DNA of 64,000 nucleotides, taken from positions 139,988-203,987 of the forward strand of contig JBDTVZ010000003.1 in assembly GCA_040006935.1 (NCBI GenBank), written 5' to 3'. The notes under the pieces were generated by a model, which had not been told where the DNA came from, searched no databases, and saw only the letters and a program-made list of their open reading frames with translations. Below are positions 1 to 10,261 of this stretch, piece by piece. The DNA is from Candidatus Dojkabacteria bacterium. GTDB taxonomy: Bacteria; Patescibacteriota; Dojkabacteria; J137. The position numbers and the translations under genes are program-made. Every line of letters begins with the position of its first letter. The stretch's first letter is position 1.

Positions 1-1
1 A

Positions 2-1390
2 GCACCAGGGAATATCATTCCAGGAATTCTTGTTTTTGAAAATAACCCAATAACTTTAGAAGCCAGAAAAATGAGGGGAGAAATGAGTGAAGGAATGATT
101 TTAGCAGAAGATGAATTTGTATTGAGTCATGATCACGAAGGAATCTATATAGTTAAGAGTGAAGAGTTAACAGTGAATAGTAATCTAATTGGGAAGTCGA
201 TCCTTGATGTTTTAACTTCTGAGCAGATGAAAGTTATCGAAAGAAATGCTGGGATTATTGAGATTACCACAGAGCTACAGCATAGGATTGATTTAATTAG
301 ATCTATCGCAGGAAATGGTGGAGAAATTGTAGGAGAAGATGAATTACCGGCGATTTTAACTTCTGGAGAAAAACTATTCACATACGATGGATTTGAACCA
401 TCGGGACAAATGCATATTGCCCAAGGAATTATCAGATCTGTAAATACAAATAAAATGATAGATGCAGGATTCACATTTAAAATGTGGGTAGCAGATTGGT
501 TTGGATATTTAAATAATAAAATGGGTGGAGATTTAGATAAGATTAAAAAAGTTGGAGAATACTTTATTGAAATTTGGAGAGCAAGTGGAATGAATGTTGA
601 TGGAGTTGAATTTTTATGGACTTCCGATTTTGCAAAACAACCATGGTATTGGGAATTAGTAATGAAAGTAGCAAAAGCAACTACATTAAAAAGAGCATTA
701 AGAACAACAGAAATTATGGGCCGAGCAGAATCTGATGATTTAACTGCAGCTCAAATACTCTACCCTTGCATGCAAGTGGCAGATATCTTTGGAGTGATGA
801 AATGTCAGGTTACTCAGTTAGGAATGGATCAAAGAAAAGCAAATATGTTGGCAAGAGAAGTTGGCCCAGAAATAGGTTTTTGGAAACCAGTTGTAGTTAG
901 CCACAGTATGTTACAAGGTCTTGGGAAACCAGCACCTAAAGACTCAGATACAGTAACAAGAGCAATCTCCATGAAAATGTCTAAATCAAAACCAGATACA
1001 GCAATTTTCATGACAGATACTTTTGAAGATGTAGAAAGAAAGATTAATAAAGCATACTGTCCAGAAGGAGAAGTTGACGATAATCCAATCTTGGATTACT
1101 GCAAACAAATTATTTTCCAAGCAAATTATTTAAAACGAAAAACACCATTGTTAGAAAATGGAAAATTCAAAATAGTAAGAGATGAAAAATTTGGTGGAAA
1201 TGTAGAATACTCTACTTATGAAGAATTAGAAAGCGACTATAAAGAGAAGAAATTATTCCCATTAGATTTAAAAGTTGCAGTTATTAAATACTTGGATGAA
1301 TTATTAAAACCAGTAAGAGAACATTTTGAAAACGATCCAAAAGCAAAAGCAATTTTGGAAGAAGTGAAGAGTTATCAAGTAACCAGATAG
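2..1390 (+). CDS. tyrS: Tyrosyl-tRNA synthetase, archaeal/eukaryal type, with N-terminal tRNA-binding OB-fold; 5'-partial
   Basis: YDGFEPSGQMHIAQG (HIGH), LYPCMQVADI, QLGMDQRK, KMSKS, AYCPEG. Frame is open from nt 2 (APGNIIPG...LEARKMRGEMSEGMIL, Trbp111/EMAP/PheT-like motif). Confidence 0.93.
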   Translation, partial: APGNIIPGILVFENNPITLEARKMRGEMSEGMILAEDEFVLSHDHEGIYIVKSEELTVNSNLIGKSILDVLTSEQMKVIERNAGIIEITTELQHRIDLIRSIAGNGGEIVGEDELPAILTSGEKLFTYDGFEPSGQMHIAQGIIRSVNTNKMIDAGFTFKMWVADWFGYLNNKMGGDLDKIKKVGEYFIEIWRASGMNVDGVEFLWTSDFAKQPWYWELVMKVAKATTLKRALRTTEIMGRAESDDLTAAQILYPCMQVADIFGVMKCQVTQLGMDQRKANMLAREVGPEIGFWKPVVVSHSMLQGLGKPAPKDSDTVTRAISMKMSKSKPDTAIFMTDTFEDVERKINKAYCPEGEVDDNPILDYCKQIIFQANYLKRKTPLLENGKFKIVRDEKFGGNVEYSTYEELESDYKEKKLFPLDLKVAVIKYLDELLKPVREHFENDPKAKAILEEVKSYQVTR

Positions 1391-1396
1391 TTTCTT

Positions 1397-1478
1397 GTCA
1401 TTGCGAGCACGAAGTGCGTGCCAATCTCGTTAGAATCAAACTTACGGGATTGCCTCGTCCCATCCTGGGACACCTGAC
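1397..1478. repeat. REP-like branched palindromic element
   Basis: GTCATTGCGAG..GCAC-GAA-GTGC..CAATCTCGT / ACGGGATTG..CTCG..TCCCA-TCC-TGGGA..TGAC; GC-rich island between convergent genes. Confidence 0.65.
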
Positions 1479-1521
1479 ATTATAAGTCCTTCTAAGAATT
1501 TACTAATCTCCCTGTTAGTCT

Positions 1522-1650
1522 CTAGTATTGAACAGCACCACTTACAGGAGGATTCACAATGGTTGTTGAGTTATTGTTATTAACAACAAACAAATAAATT
1601 ATAATACCTACAATTACAACAAGCACGACAGCTACAATTACCATCATCAT
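1522..1650 (-). CDS. Small single-TM protein (42 aa) resembling the N-terminus of the adjacent gene; not in ORF track
   Basis: Manual translation MMMVIVAVVLVVIVGIIIYLFVVNNNNSTTIVNPPVSGAVQY*. Confidence 0.5.
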   Translation of the reverse strand: MMMVIVAVVLVVIVGIIIYLFVVNNNNSTTIVNPPVSGAVQY

Positions 1651-1735
1651 ACTGTTGTCTTCTTCTACTATAACTGCATCTTAACTCTTAACCTTATTTC
1701 TAAGATTAAGAATAAGATAAAGATTGAGAATTAAG

Positions 1736-2290
1736 TTATAGAACTATATCTCCACATGACATATACACACTACTCTCAGCTGCAGACTTGTGAACATTAA
1801 TTGCAATATTTCCAAGAGCTTTCAATGCAGAAATTGATGTATCCAACATTGTTACTGAAGCTCCATCTACAACATCAGTTAAAGGAAATACAACAGTGCC
1901 AGGAGTAGGACAGCTTCCCATATGAATATGTGCAGGTTCAGGTGTACTCACTCCAGTTGGAAAATGAAGGGTAACTTGAACTTGACTTCCAACTTCAGTA
2001 AGGACTGCAGTTCCATCTTGTTCTGAACCATTTTGTGCTGTAAGAATGAATTCATTATTATCATTAGATACAGAGCTGCTAACAGGTGCTGGTGGATTCA
2101 CAACTGGAACCGGCGCAGGTGCAGGTGTAACTGGTGCTACATAATTATTTCTTAACATTAAGAATGCAATGATACCGATTATCACAATAACAATAACAGC
2201 TATTACTGCTATCATCATTCCTCTAGACGAGTCATTGTCTTGCACTGTTGTAGAACTTTCTGTCGTCGCTGTAGAAGTTTCTGTTTCCAT
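1736..2290 (-). CDS. Membrane-anchored CHRD/Cu-Zn SOD-like domain protein
   Basis: TM helix, Pro-rich linker, PAHIHMGSC, AINVHKS, YMSCGDI; start moved to METETS. Confidence 0.6.
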   Translation of the reverse strand: METETSTATTESSTTVQDNDSSRGMMIAVIAVIVIVIIGIIAFLMLRNNYVAPVTPAPAPVPVVNPPAPVSSSVSNDNNEFILTAQNGSEQDGTAVLTEVGSQVQVTLHFPTGVSTPEPAHIHMGSCPTPGTVVFPLTDVVDGASVTMLDTSISALKALGNIAINVHKSAAESSVYMSCGDIVL

Positions 2291-2413
2291 AGAAAAAAAT
2301 AAAAAATAATTATATTTTATTATTAGCCTTAAAAAATTTAATTGCAACCCTAAAAGTAGTTCTTCCCCTTATCTTCTGATATTATCTACATATATAAATT
2401 TATTAATTAAAAT

Positions 2414-2935
2414 ATGGATACTATTCAAATAATTCTAATTGTTGTGATTACACTATTGTTCCTCTTCTTTATTTTCTACAGAAAAGTTATACATGTGGCC
2501 TTCGTGTTTATTACAATAATCTTTTTTTTCTCCTTGATCAGCACAATAGCAGCAATATTTATGCCTCAATTATTTCAAACAGGAACTGAATTTTTGGTGA
2601 AAGACACAGCTTTTGCAGTACAATTAAAAAACTTTGACGGAACAATCACCGAGATAGGTAAACTCCCAACAGGCGTTCTTAATAATATTCAAAATTTCTT
2701 TAATCAAAATAATAATTCAACTTCAGAATTTAAATCAGATTTATACAATCAATTCGTAATATTTGTTGCTGGAGTTCTAAGGATAGGAGTTTTAGTGCTT
2801 GGATTATTTCTCATGGCAATCTCAATTTATATCAGATACTCATACTCAGGTTTAAATGAAAGCATCAAGTTAAAACACAGAGTAGATGAACTAGAAAATC
2901 AACTTCAAATGCTTCAGTCAAAGGTATCTCAATAA
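2414..2935 (+). CDS. Hypothetical membrane protein with C-terminal coiled coil
   Basis: Three hydrophobic segments; tail LKHRVDELENQLQMLQSKV. Confidence 0.7.
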   Translation: MDTIQIILIVVITLLFLFFIFYRKVIHVAFVFITIIFFFSLISTIAAIFMPQLFQTGTEFLVKDTAFAVQLKNFDGTITEIGKLPTGVLNNIQNFFNQNNNSTSEFKSDLYNQFVIFVAGVLRIGVLVLGLFLMAISIYIRYSYSGLNESIKLKHRVDELENQLQMLQSKVSQ

Positions 2936-3002
2936 ACTTTGATAAAAACTTAGAAAACGCTTAAAATATAATAGGTATTAGATAATTTTCAATATCAATT
3001 AA

Positions 3003-6000
3003 ATGGATAGAGCTGTTTTTCTAAGGAGAATAATTAAGAGGCATGAGGACGTTGCTACTCTTATTAAAAAAGGAGAAAGACAAACTTTCATAGATATCTT
3101 AAAAGTAATTGCATTAGTACTAATGATAGTAACCCATGTAATTGCTATTGCTACGGACTACTCTGCAAACAATCAAGTAATTTCATACATCGGTCTCATT
3201 GGAGGAATTGGTTCATTTTCCACGTTCCTTTTTATGTCAGGAATGAATGCATTTTATTTCTTCGATCATCACTTAGATGAAAACCAATTACATTATTTTA
3301 AAAGTCTTTTTGTAAGAGTAGTTAAAATTTTCATAGCTTTTATAATACTATCAATTGTATATTTGGTGATATTTAATAAACTCTACCTTGAAACATATCC
3401 AATCCAAAGTCTCTTCAAAAATCTCTATGATTCCCTAACAGTTGGCCCAATGCCAGAATTCAGTGAGTACTTAATTGCAATCGCTATATTCACAGGTGGG
3501 GGTATATTCTTTTCAAAAATTTATAAATGGATATCCAAATCAATTGTTCGCGCTATATTCGTTGGAGGAATTCTATACACTTTAAGTTGGATATTATTTA
3601 GGACAGTTACTTTACCAGCTCGACTTAATGTATTCGCAGCAATATTATGGGGAAAAACTTTTGATGGCCTTAGAATTCATTCTTTCCCAGTTTTACAATA
3701 TTCAATTCTTTTCTTTCTCGGGCTAGCTTTTGCAAGATATTATAAAAATAATCCTGAAACTTTATCTAAATTAAAACTTTCTGCAATTGCCGTAATATCT
3801 TCAATAACACTTACAGGTGTTGCGCTTATAATTTACAATTTTTATGCTATATCCACTTTCTATCCTCTGCCACTTGAAGGTAGATTCCCCCCATCGCTAG
3901 GCTTTCTTTTCCTTAGCTCAATCATAGTATTTATTTCACTTATAGTTGCAATTTTAATTGCTACCAAAGTTCCATCTAGGATTAGGAAGATATGTGAATT
4001 TATGGGTAAACGATCATTATCTATTTTAGTTTGGCATTTAATCCTGCTATTTGGCTACAGGCTTCTTATACAGAAAGGGATAATTACTTCTCAGCCAAGA
4101 GATATTGGGGGAATTTTACTTTTATCGATAGCAATAATTTTCTTAAGTGTACTAATCAGCTGGGTATATACTCTATTCGTTACAAGAGTTGTAGAAGGAA
4201 GTTTAAAAAAAGAATCTTATTTCCTCATACATACAATATTTCCAATAACTTTAATGATTTTGTCTCTTTTAGGTATTATGATGTTAATTTATAGTAGATT
4301 TACACTTTACGCAGGGAATATTCCAGATAATATTTCAAACTTCAAACGTGTAATCTTACTTCCAGAACAAGATCCATTTTGGGCTAACGATGATTACAAA
4401 GTAAAACAACAAATCACCTTAGAAAACAAAACATCGAACATAGCACTGCAGGGAACTTTTGTGTCCTTTACCTTTGATCATTCAAAAGCTGTAGCAGAAA
4501 AAAATGCACTCAGTCCATCAGGAAATGATATTAGAATCTACTATTGGAATGTCAAAATTAATGCATTCGAGGAATTACCAATTTTAATAGAGTCACCTAA
4601 TACTGCAAATACAAAAATTACATTCATTCTTCAATCAGATTTGCTAGCAAATGAACAAAATACTAATTATTATCTTTACTATGGTAATTGGGAAATGAAG
4701 GAACCAGAAAAACTCACAGTCCCAGAAAATACATTAACATTTTCGGGCAATTTAAGTCTAAGTGGGGAAGTGGTTCACAAAATTGCCTTAAGTTTAAGTA
4801 GAGAGTGGCTATTATTAAAACCTGAGACAAAAGAATTGCTAGATACTCTGAGTGCAAATATAAATTTACCTGAAAATTTATCTGCAGATAAATATTTTTT
4901 AAGTTTCACTCTTTTTAATTCTGAAGGCAATATAGTTCAAACAAAAGACGTAGATGTAACTACCACAACAACATATACAATCTCTCCCGACATTGCTGGC
5001 CTTGGCCCTTCTCTTTATACTCTACAAGCACAACTAATAAAATTTGATAATAATTTAGAAGTGATCACTTCATATAAAACTCCTTTTAGAATAACTTACC
5101 CAATGTATGTAACCTGGAGTTTTGATTGGGATGGTTGGGATGCTTCAGATTATGATCTTTATAAAATTAATGATGTAGCAAATAGATATACTATTCCAGT
5201 CACTCAATTATTCAACCCAAGAATTTATGTTGCAGATCAATTTTCTGCAAACGGTTTTATCGGAAGAGTATCTACAGAAAGAGCAACTTATTTAACAAAT
5301 TGGGTTTTAAATAGGCATAATCAGTTTGGAGATGAAATTGGGATGCACTTACATATGTTCTCTGATATGGTTACAGAAGCAGGAGTTTCCCCTCGTCCTG
5401 GGCGTGTGGTTGGTGCTATGTATGGAGATGCAATGACTAGTGATTTTACAGAAACAGAGCTAGAAAAGATTATGAATTGGGGTTTTGGAAAATTTGAAGA
5501 ACATGGCTTACCAAGGCCAATTACTTACCGAGCGGGAGGTTGGTTTGCATCACCTCAAGTTTTACAAGCAGCCCAAAATACTGGATTTTTAATAGACTCA
5601 AGTGGTAGAACTGGTGGAACAATCAATCCAACTTCAGCCTATAGTACTCAAGTTCCCTGGAATTTACTTTCTACTACATGGCCTTATAAGCCAAATGTTA
5701 ACGATATGAATAGATGGGATGGGGACAGAACAAGTATTTTTGAGTTCCCTGATAATGGAGCGGACTCATATTGGTTTACTGCAGAACAGTTAATAAATAG
5801 ATTCCAAGACAATATGAAGATAACAACAAATGGAGTTCTTATGCATCCACAAGTACTTACATATTTAACTCATCCACACTGGTTTACAATAATAGACGAA
5901 CCTAAAGTAAGAAATCTTTTTGATTATGTTTCTCAATTCAAATACAATGATAATTCGGGACCAGTCATTTTCACTACTTTAGAAAAAGCATATCAAGATT

Positions 6001-6032
6001 GGGATAAAATAAATGATGTTAATGGAAGTTAA
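3003..6032 (+). CDS. Fusion: multi-TM acyltransferase-3/HGSNAT-like + DUF2341-like + polysaccharide deacetylase-like domain
   Basis: N-term FIDILKVIALVLMIVTH; middle GNDIRIYYW...NYYLYYGN; C-term WSFDWDG, EIGMHLH, TYRAGGW, IDSS, LTHPH. Confidence 0.7.
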   Translation: MDRAVFLRRIIKRHEDVATLIKKGERQTFIDILKVIALVLMIVTHVIAIATDYSANNQVISYIGLIGGIGSFSTFLFMSGMNAFYFFDHHLDENQLHYFKSLFVRVVKIFIAFIILSIVYLVIFNKLYLETYPIQSLFKNLYDSLTVGPMPEFSEYLIAIAIFTGGGIFFSKIYKWISKSIVRAIFVGGILYTLSWILFRTVTLPARLNVFAAILWGKTFDGLRIHSFPVLQYSILFFLGLAFARYYKNNPETLSKLKLSAIAVISSITLTGVALIIYNFYAISTFYPLPLEGRFPPSLGFLFLSSIIVFISLIVAILIATKVPSRIRKICEFMGKRSLSILVWHLILLFGYRLLIQKGIITSQPRDIGGILLLSIAIIFLSVLISWVYTLFVTRVVEGSLKKESYFLIHTIFPITLMILSLLGIMMLIYSRFTLYAGNIPDNISNFKRVILLPEQDPFWANDDYKVKQQITLENKTSNIALQGTFVSFTFDHSKAVAEKNALSPSGNDIRIYYWNVKINAFEELPILIESPNTANTKITFILQSDLLANEQNTNYYLYYGNWEMKEPEKLTVPENTLTFSGNLSLSGEVVHKIALSLSREWLLLKPETKELLDTLSANINLPENLSADKYFLSFTLFNSEGNIVQTKDVDVTTTTTYTISPDIAGLGPSLYTLQAQLIKFDNNLEVITSYKTPFRITYPMYVTWSFDWDGWDASDYDLYKINDVANRYTIPVTQLFNPRIYVADQFSANGFIGRVSTERATYLTNWVLNRHNQFGDEIGMHLHMFSDMVTEAGVSPRPGRVVGAMYGDAMTSDFTETELEKIMNWGFGKFEEHGLPRPITYRAGGWFASPQVLQAAQNTGFLIDSSGRTGGTINPTSAYSTQVPWNLLSTTWPYKPNVNDMNRWDGDRTSIFEFPDNGADSYWFTAEQLINRFQDNMKITTNGVLMHPQVLTYLTHPHWFTIIDEPKVRNLFDYVSQFKYNDNSGPVIFTTLEKAYQDWDKINDVNGS

Positions 6033-6034
6033 AT

Positions 6035-8056
6035 ATGTTCACAGAAATATTAAAAAATATAGGATTTGATAATTTTTTAATAATAGTTTTATCAACTATA
6101 CCTTTCTTTATATTTGTATTTTTAGATTTAATAATACTAAGAAAATCTCCAGAGAATAAATCTTTAAAATCTTTAATTTGGAGGAATAGATTTTTTATTT
6201 TAGGAACAATATTTGTAACAATAATCGCAGGATTTATTCTGATCGCAGCATCCTACTTCACAACAATTCCTACAATAATTTCATCAAAACCAGCTAGTAG
6301 TTTAAACTGGTCAAATTATACAGAACCAGTCGAAATTAAATTTAATGTTCCAGTAAAAATTAGTGCACTCCAGCCGAAAATAGTTCCAGGGATACAAGGC
6401 GATTGGGTTTGGGAAAGATTCTTATTAAGTGATTATACAATCAAGGGTAAATTTATACCTTCACAAACAGAAATGCCTGAGCAAAGGATTGTTGTATACA
6501 TAGTTGGTGCTCAAAGGTTTTTAATTCCGGGAGAAAACCACGAATTAGCACTTAACTTTTTAGCACCAACAGCTCCAATAATATTAAAATCAATTCCTTC
6601 TGATAATGCATCAGAAGTGGAAAGAGAAACTACTTTTAAAATTTATTTTAATAAAATAAACTACTATCTCTCCGATTGGACTTATACAATTGACCCTGCG
6701 ATAGACACAACTGTTTCAAATGAATTCGCTGATTATTTAGAAATTACACCCAAAACTATTTTGGCAGGCGATACACAATATAAAATTACTCTACAAAGAA
6801 AACCAATATCCTACGATTTGCAAACAAAGAATTTTATAGTTAAAGGTGATCCTGATTATACTTTTACAACAACTTTTCATACAGCAAAAGATGCGCTAAT
6901 AGAATCAATCACTCCCCAAGGAACAGGTGTAGATGCCACAACAACTATCAAAGTAAAATTTAGTTCTGAGATGGATAGGCAAACTGTTGAAGATAATTTT
7001 GAAATTAATCCTTCTGCAAGCGGGACTTTTACATGGACAGATAACAAAAGCTTCGAATTTAAACCAAATGAAATATTAGCAAAAGGGCAAGTTTATACAA
7101 TTACTTTAAAAAGTGGAATTACAAAAAAAGACGCAGGTGCTACGCAAAAAGACTTAAAATATTCTTTTGAAACGATAGGTGCCATTAAAGTTTTGTCTTT
7201 CTCACCAACTGATGGCGCAGCTAATGTAAATGAGTCATCAGGAGTATTAATAAAACTCGACCAGGATGTTGATCATGCTTCTGCAGAATCTAGTTTTCAA
7301 ATCACACCCGCAGTTGACGGACATTTTATTTGGAATGGAATAGATTTAATTTTTACTCCAAACTATAGTCTTCCATTTAATCAAACTTTCACTGTATTAT
7401 TTAAAAAAGGAGTTAAATCGATTCATGGTATAGATTTACAAAATGATGTGACTTTTAGCTTTGCAATAAGATCACAAGAAAGCATTGTTGGTGGAGTCCC
7501 ACAATTATATCAGCCATATGGTTCATTTTCATGTAATGTTTATGCGGGACTAATGGCATTATCTTGGAAAGGCTACAATTTAAGCGCAGCCGGACTAATA
7601 TCGGAAACAGGTTACGATGAAGGTCAATACAATGGGCAATGGACAGGAGATCCATACGTAGATTACGTTGGTAATTCTGATGGAAGCTGGGGATATGGAA
7701 TGTATTGGACTGCATTGCAAATACCTTTTAATAACCGAGGTATCGCAACTCAAATTAAAGAAGGCTGGAATGTTCAAGAATTAGCTCAAAGTATTTTAGA
7801 CGGACATCCTGTAATCATTTGGAGATACAATGGCGAAAGTGCGAATTATGATAAAAATTGGACTGCATCAGATGGAACTTATGTACATGGAATTAACGGT
7901 CAACATGGTGGACTTGTGATTGGTGTAAGAGGTTCAATTTCCAATCCGGATTCGTTTCTAGTAAACGATCCATGGTATGGTCAATATTGGTATAGTGCAG
8001 ATTACTTGGATTACACTTGGTCCCGGATGAACAGAACCGCAATGATTGTTTATTAG
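6035..8056 (+). CDS. Membrane-anchored Ig-like (Big_5/SbsA) repeat protein with C-terminal C39-like peptidase
   Basis: Two N-term TMs; ~4 Ig repeats (e.g. ESITPQGTGVDATTTIKVKFSSEMD); C-term SCNVYAGLMAL, QHGGLVIG, VNDPW (Cys-His-Asp). Confidence 0.8.
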   Translation: MFTEILKNIGFDNFLIIVLSTIPFFIFVFLDLIILRKSPENKSLKSLIWRNRFFILGTIFVTIIAGFILIAASYFTTIPTIISSKPASSLNWSNYTEPVEIKFNVPVKISALQPKIVPGIQGDWVWERFLLSDYTIKGKFIPSQTEMPEQRIVVYIVGAQRFLIPGENHELALNFLAPTAPIILKSIPSDNASEVERETTFKIYFNKINYYLSDWTYTIDPAIDTTVSNEFADYLEITPKTILAGDTQYKITLQRKPISYDLQTKNFIVKGDPDYTFTTTFHTAKDALIESITPQGTGVDATTTIKVKFSSEMDRQTVEDNFEINPSASGTFTWTDNKSFEFKPNEILAKGQVYTITLKSGITKKDAGATQKDLKYSFETIGAIKVLSFSPTDGAANVNESSGVLIKLDQDVDHASAESSFQITPAVDGHFIWNGIDLIFTPNYSLPFNQTFTVLFKKGVKSIHGIDLQNDVTFSFAIRSQESIVGGVPQLYQPYGSFSCNVYAGLMALSWKGYNLSAAGLISETGYDEGQYNGQWTGDPYVDYVGNSDGSWGYGMYWTALQIPFNNRGIATQIKEGWNVQELAQSILDGHPVIIWRYNGESANYDKNWTASDGTYVHGINGQHGGLVIGVRGSISNPDSFLVNDPWYGQYWYSADYLDYTWSRMNRTAMIVY

Positions 8057-8685
8057 TTATAGAAGATTTCTTCTCGTAATAAAATCATTAAAAAAGCAGA
8101 ACATAGCAATCCTAATATGATTGTATCTAAATACACCTGCTCTCTTTCGAAACCTGTTCCATCTAGAACTAAGAAAGTACTTTTATCAAAGTTACCTTTT
8201 AAATTTTCTGCTATTTTTTCTTTAACGCTATCTTCTAATTTATTCAACTGACTATCATTCACTGTATTTATATTGCCAGGTTCGTTTAGCTTAGAGATTA
8301 GATCATCTCCAAATCCAGAATTATCGATTTTTTTAATTATCCCCTGAAAAACTACATTGGAAGAGCTTTTGATTTTATCCGCCGAAATCCTAGCGATTAA
8401 CTTATCTCCAAATTTTTCAAAACCTACATAATAGACCTTGCCAGAATCATCGCCTAAAACTCTAAGATAGTTAATATTTGCATTAATCAAAACAGTATCA
8501 TTTTCTTTTAGAGTTTTGAGAGTTTCTTCAAAAGTAGATTCATCTAAAGTTTTAATAGGCCGATTTACAATTTCTAATGCACTGTAATTTACTAATAGTG
8601 TGAGTAAAATTGAAGCACCAACTGCAAGAAGAAGCTTAAATACCTTAGGGAAATTATAATTTAATTTTATATTTTTAATATCCAT
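8053..8685 (-). CDS. Hypothetical membrane protein, third gene of ECF operon
   Basis: N- and C-terminal TMs; probable start MDIKN directly after upstream stop. Confidence 0.65.
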   Translation of the reverse strand: MDIKNIKLNYNFPKVFKLLLAVGASILLTLLVNYSALEIVNRPIKTLDESTFEETLKTLKENDTVLINANINYLRVLGDDSGKVYYVGFEKFGDKLIARISADKIKSSSNVVFQGIIKKIDNSGFGDDLISKLNEPGNINTVNDSQLNKLEDSVKEKIAENLKGNFDKSTFLVLDGTGFEREQVYLDTIILGLLCSAFLMILLREEIFYN

Positions 8686-8686
8686 A

Positions 8687-10231
8687 TTATTTTTCAATTC
8701 CCACAAGATTAAAATCTTTATTAATCATTTTATCAATATCTGATGATTTAAATAAGTATTTATATTGATTATAAGTAAATAATAAATACTTATTGGAACT
8801 TTCTTCAGAAAATGAGACTGGTACTCTAGAAGTATAAATGTTTGCCTTTACATTTATTCCATTTATTTCAAAGTTGGTTATAGCTTTCGAATCGAGATCG
8901 CCGAGTAAAATATTGGAATCAGCAACATCCGCATTGAAAACTTGAGCAGAAGTTTCAAATCCATCATCAATGGCATACTCCATAAGTGGAACTGTTTTTA
9001 AATTAATACCATTTAAATAATCTGCATCTGTTTTATAGAACTTTCTATCTTGTGAAGCTACTTCTTCAAAATTTGCAATTCTTATATTGATTATTTCTCC
9101 ATCCACAGGGACTAAATCTATCTTATCTGTAAGTATTGAGTTAAGTGTTTCTATTGGATTCAAATCTGAGATGTCTATTATATTCAGATCATTTGAAATT
9201 GTTTGGAAATTTTCCTTCACAGTTTCAAAATTTATATCTTGTTTAATAATTGAAAATTGAGTTCTTTTAATAAGGTTGTTTTCACTTTTATCATTATTTG
9301 CAAATACTTCAATCATTGATAATGAGAAGTCAGACGAACTGAACCATTTTTTATCAATTAAATTAATTCTTTCGTCTCCACAGTTAGATTGTGCAGATGA
9401 ACTAATTACATAAAAATCCTCATTACCTCTTCTCACAACTGCTAAGGTACTGGACACAGGATCGAAATATTTACCTTGCTCAAAAGCAGGTAGGTAAGAA
9501 ACGGGGAAAGATGTTGGAATTGTACTTGCTAAAGTTTCTGAATTTATTATTATTCCATAATTACCATTTTTTGTATAAAGGCTTGCAACATCATTATCAG
9601 TATTGTTCAATTGAATAGATTCAATTGTATTTCCCGATGAGTCTTTATTTATAACTCTGTATAGATAGCCTCCATTTGAACTTGTAAAAGTAAAAATTTC
9701 CTGTGACTTCACACTAGTATCTACCAATAACTTACAAGCACTACTCATCTCGCCAAGCTCAAAGTTACTTCTTGTATAACTGTAATTGTAATTCTTAGGA
9801 GCTGCTTCCGGAGCAATCATTTTAAGATCTTTAGCTAATGCACCTGTGTCTTGGAAGCTCTGAATATTATCGTTATTTAAACTTTGTGCTATTAAAATAT
9901 CTGGATTATTCTTAACTATAGATCCAATTATTGAAGAAGTTTCGTTGGACGGAACTGCGGCCACATCAGAAATATTTGACTGACTTTGGCTACTATTGAA
10001 AGTAGCAACACCAGCAATGGAAACGATGGCAATAGAAAGTACCACAATCGAAATTGACAATACGTTAATACTCTTCTCGTTAAAGAAAAAAAATGTGGGC
10101 TCAAAGGGAAGTTTGTATGAGTCCACAAATCTTGCTTTTAAAGAGTTCCTGAAAGAATGACTTGGTACAGATGAACTCTGTTTCAAATCTTCAAGTATAT
10201 TCTGATTTTCATTATCCTCAAAGGTTTCCAT
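8687..10231 (-). CDS. Putative anti-sigma factor (cytoplasmic N-term, one TM, large extracellular domain)
   Basis: Follows ECF sigma; PSHSFRNSLKARF motif followed by TM. Confidence 0.65.
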   Translation of the reverse strand: METFEDNENQNILEDLKQSSSVPSHSFRNSLKARFVDSYKLPFEPTFFFFNEKSINVLSISIVVLSIAIVSIAGVATFNSSQSQSNISDVAAVPSNETSSIIGSIVKNNPDILIAQSLNNDNIQSFQDTGALAKDLKMIAPEAAPKNYNYSYTRSNFELGEMSSACKLLVDTSVKSQEIFTFTSSNGGYLYRVINKDSSGNTIESIQLNNTDNDVASLYTKNGNYGIIINSETLASTIPTSFPVSYLPAFEQGKYFDPVSSTLAVVRRGNEDFYVISSSAQSNCGDERINLIDKKWFSSSDFSLSMIEVFANNDKSENNLIKRTQFSIIKQDINFETVKENFQTISNDLNIIDISDLNPIETLNSILTDKIDLVPVDGEIINIRIANFEEVASQDRKFYKTDADYLNGINLKTVPLMEYAIDDGFETSAQVFNADVADSNILLGDLDSKAITNFEINGINVKANIYTSRVPVSFSEESSNKYLLFTYNQYKYLFKSSDIDKMINKDFNLVGIEK

Positions 10232-10261
10232 ATACTTTAATAGTGTAAATTAGTGTACAAA

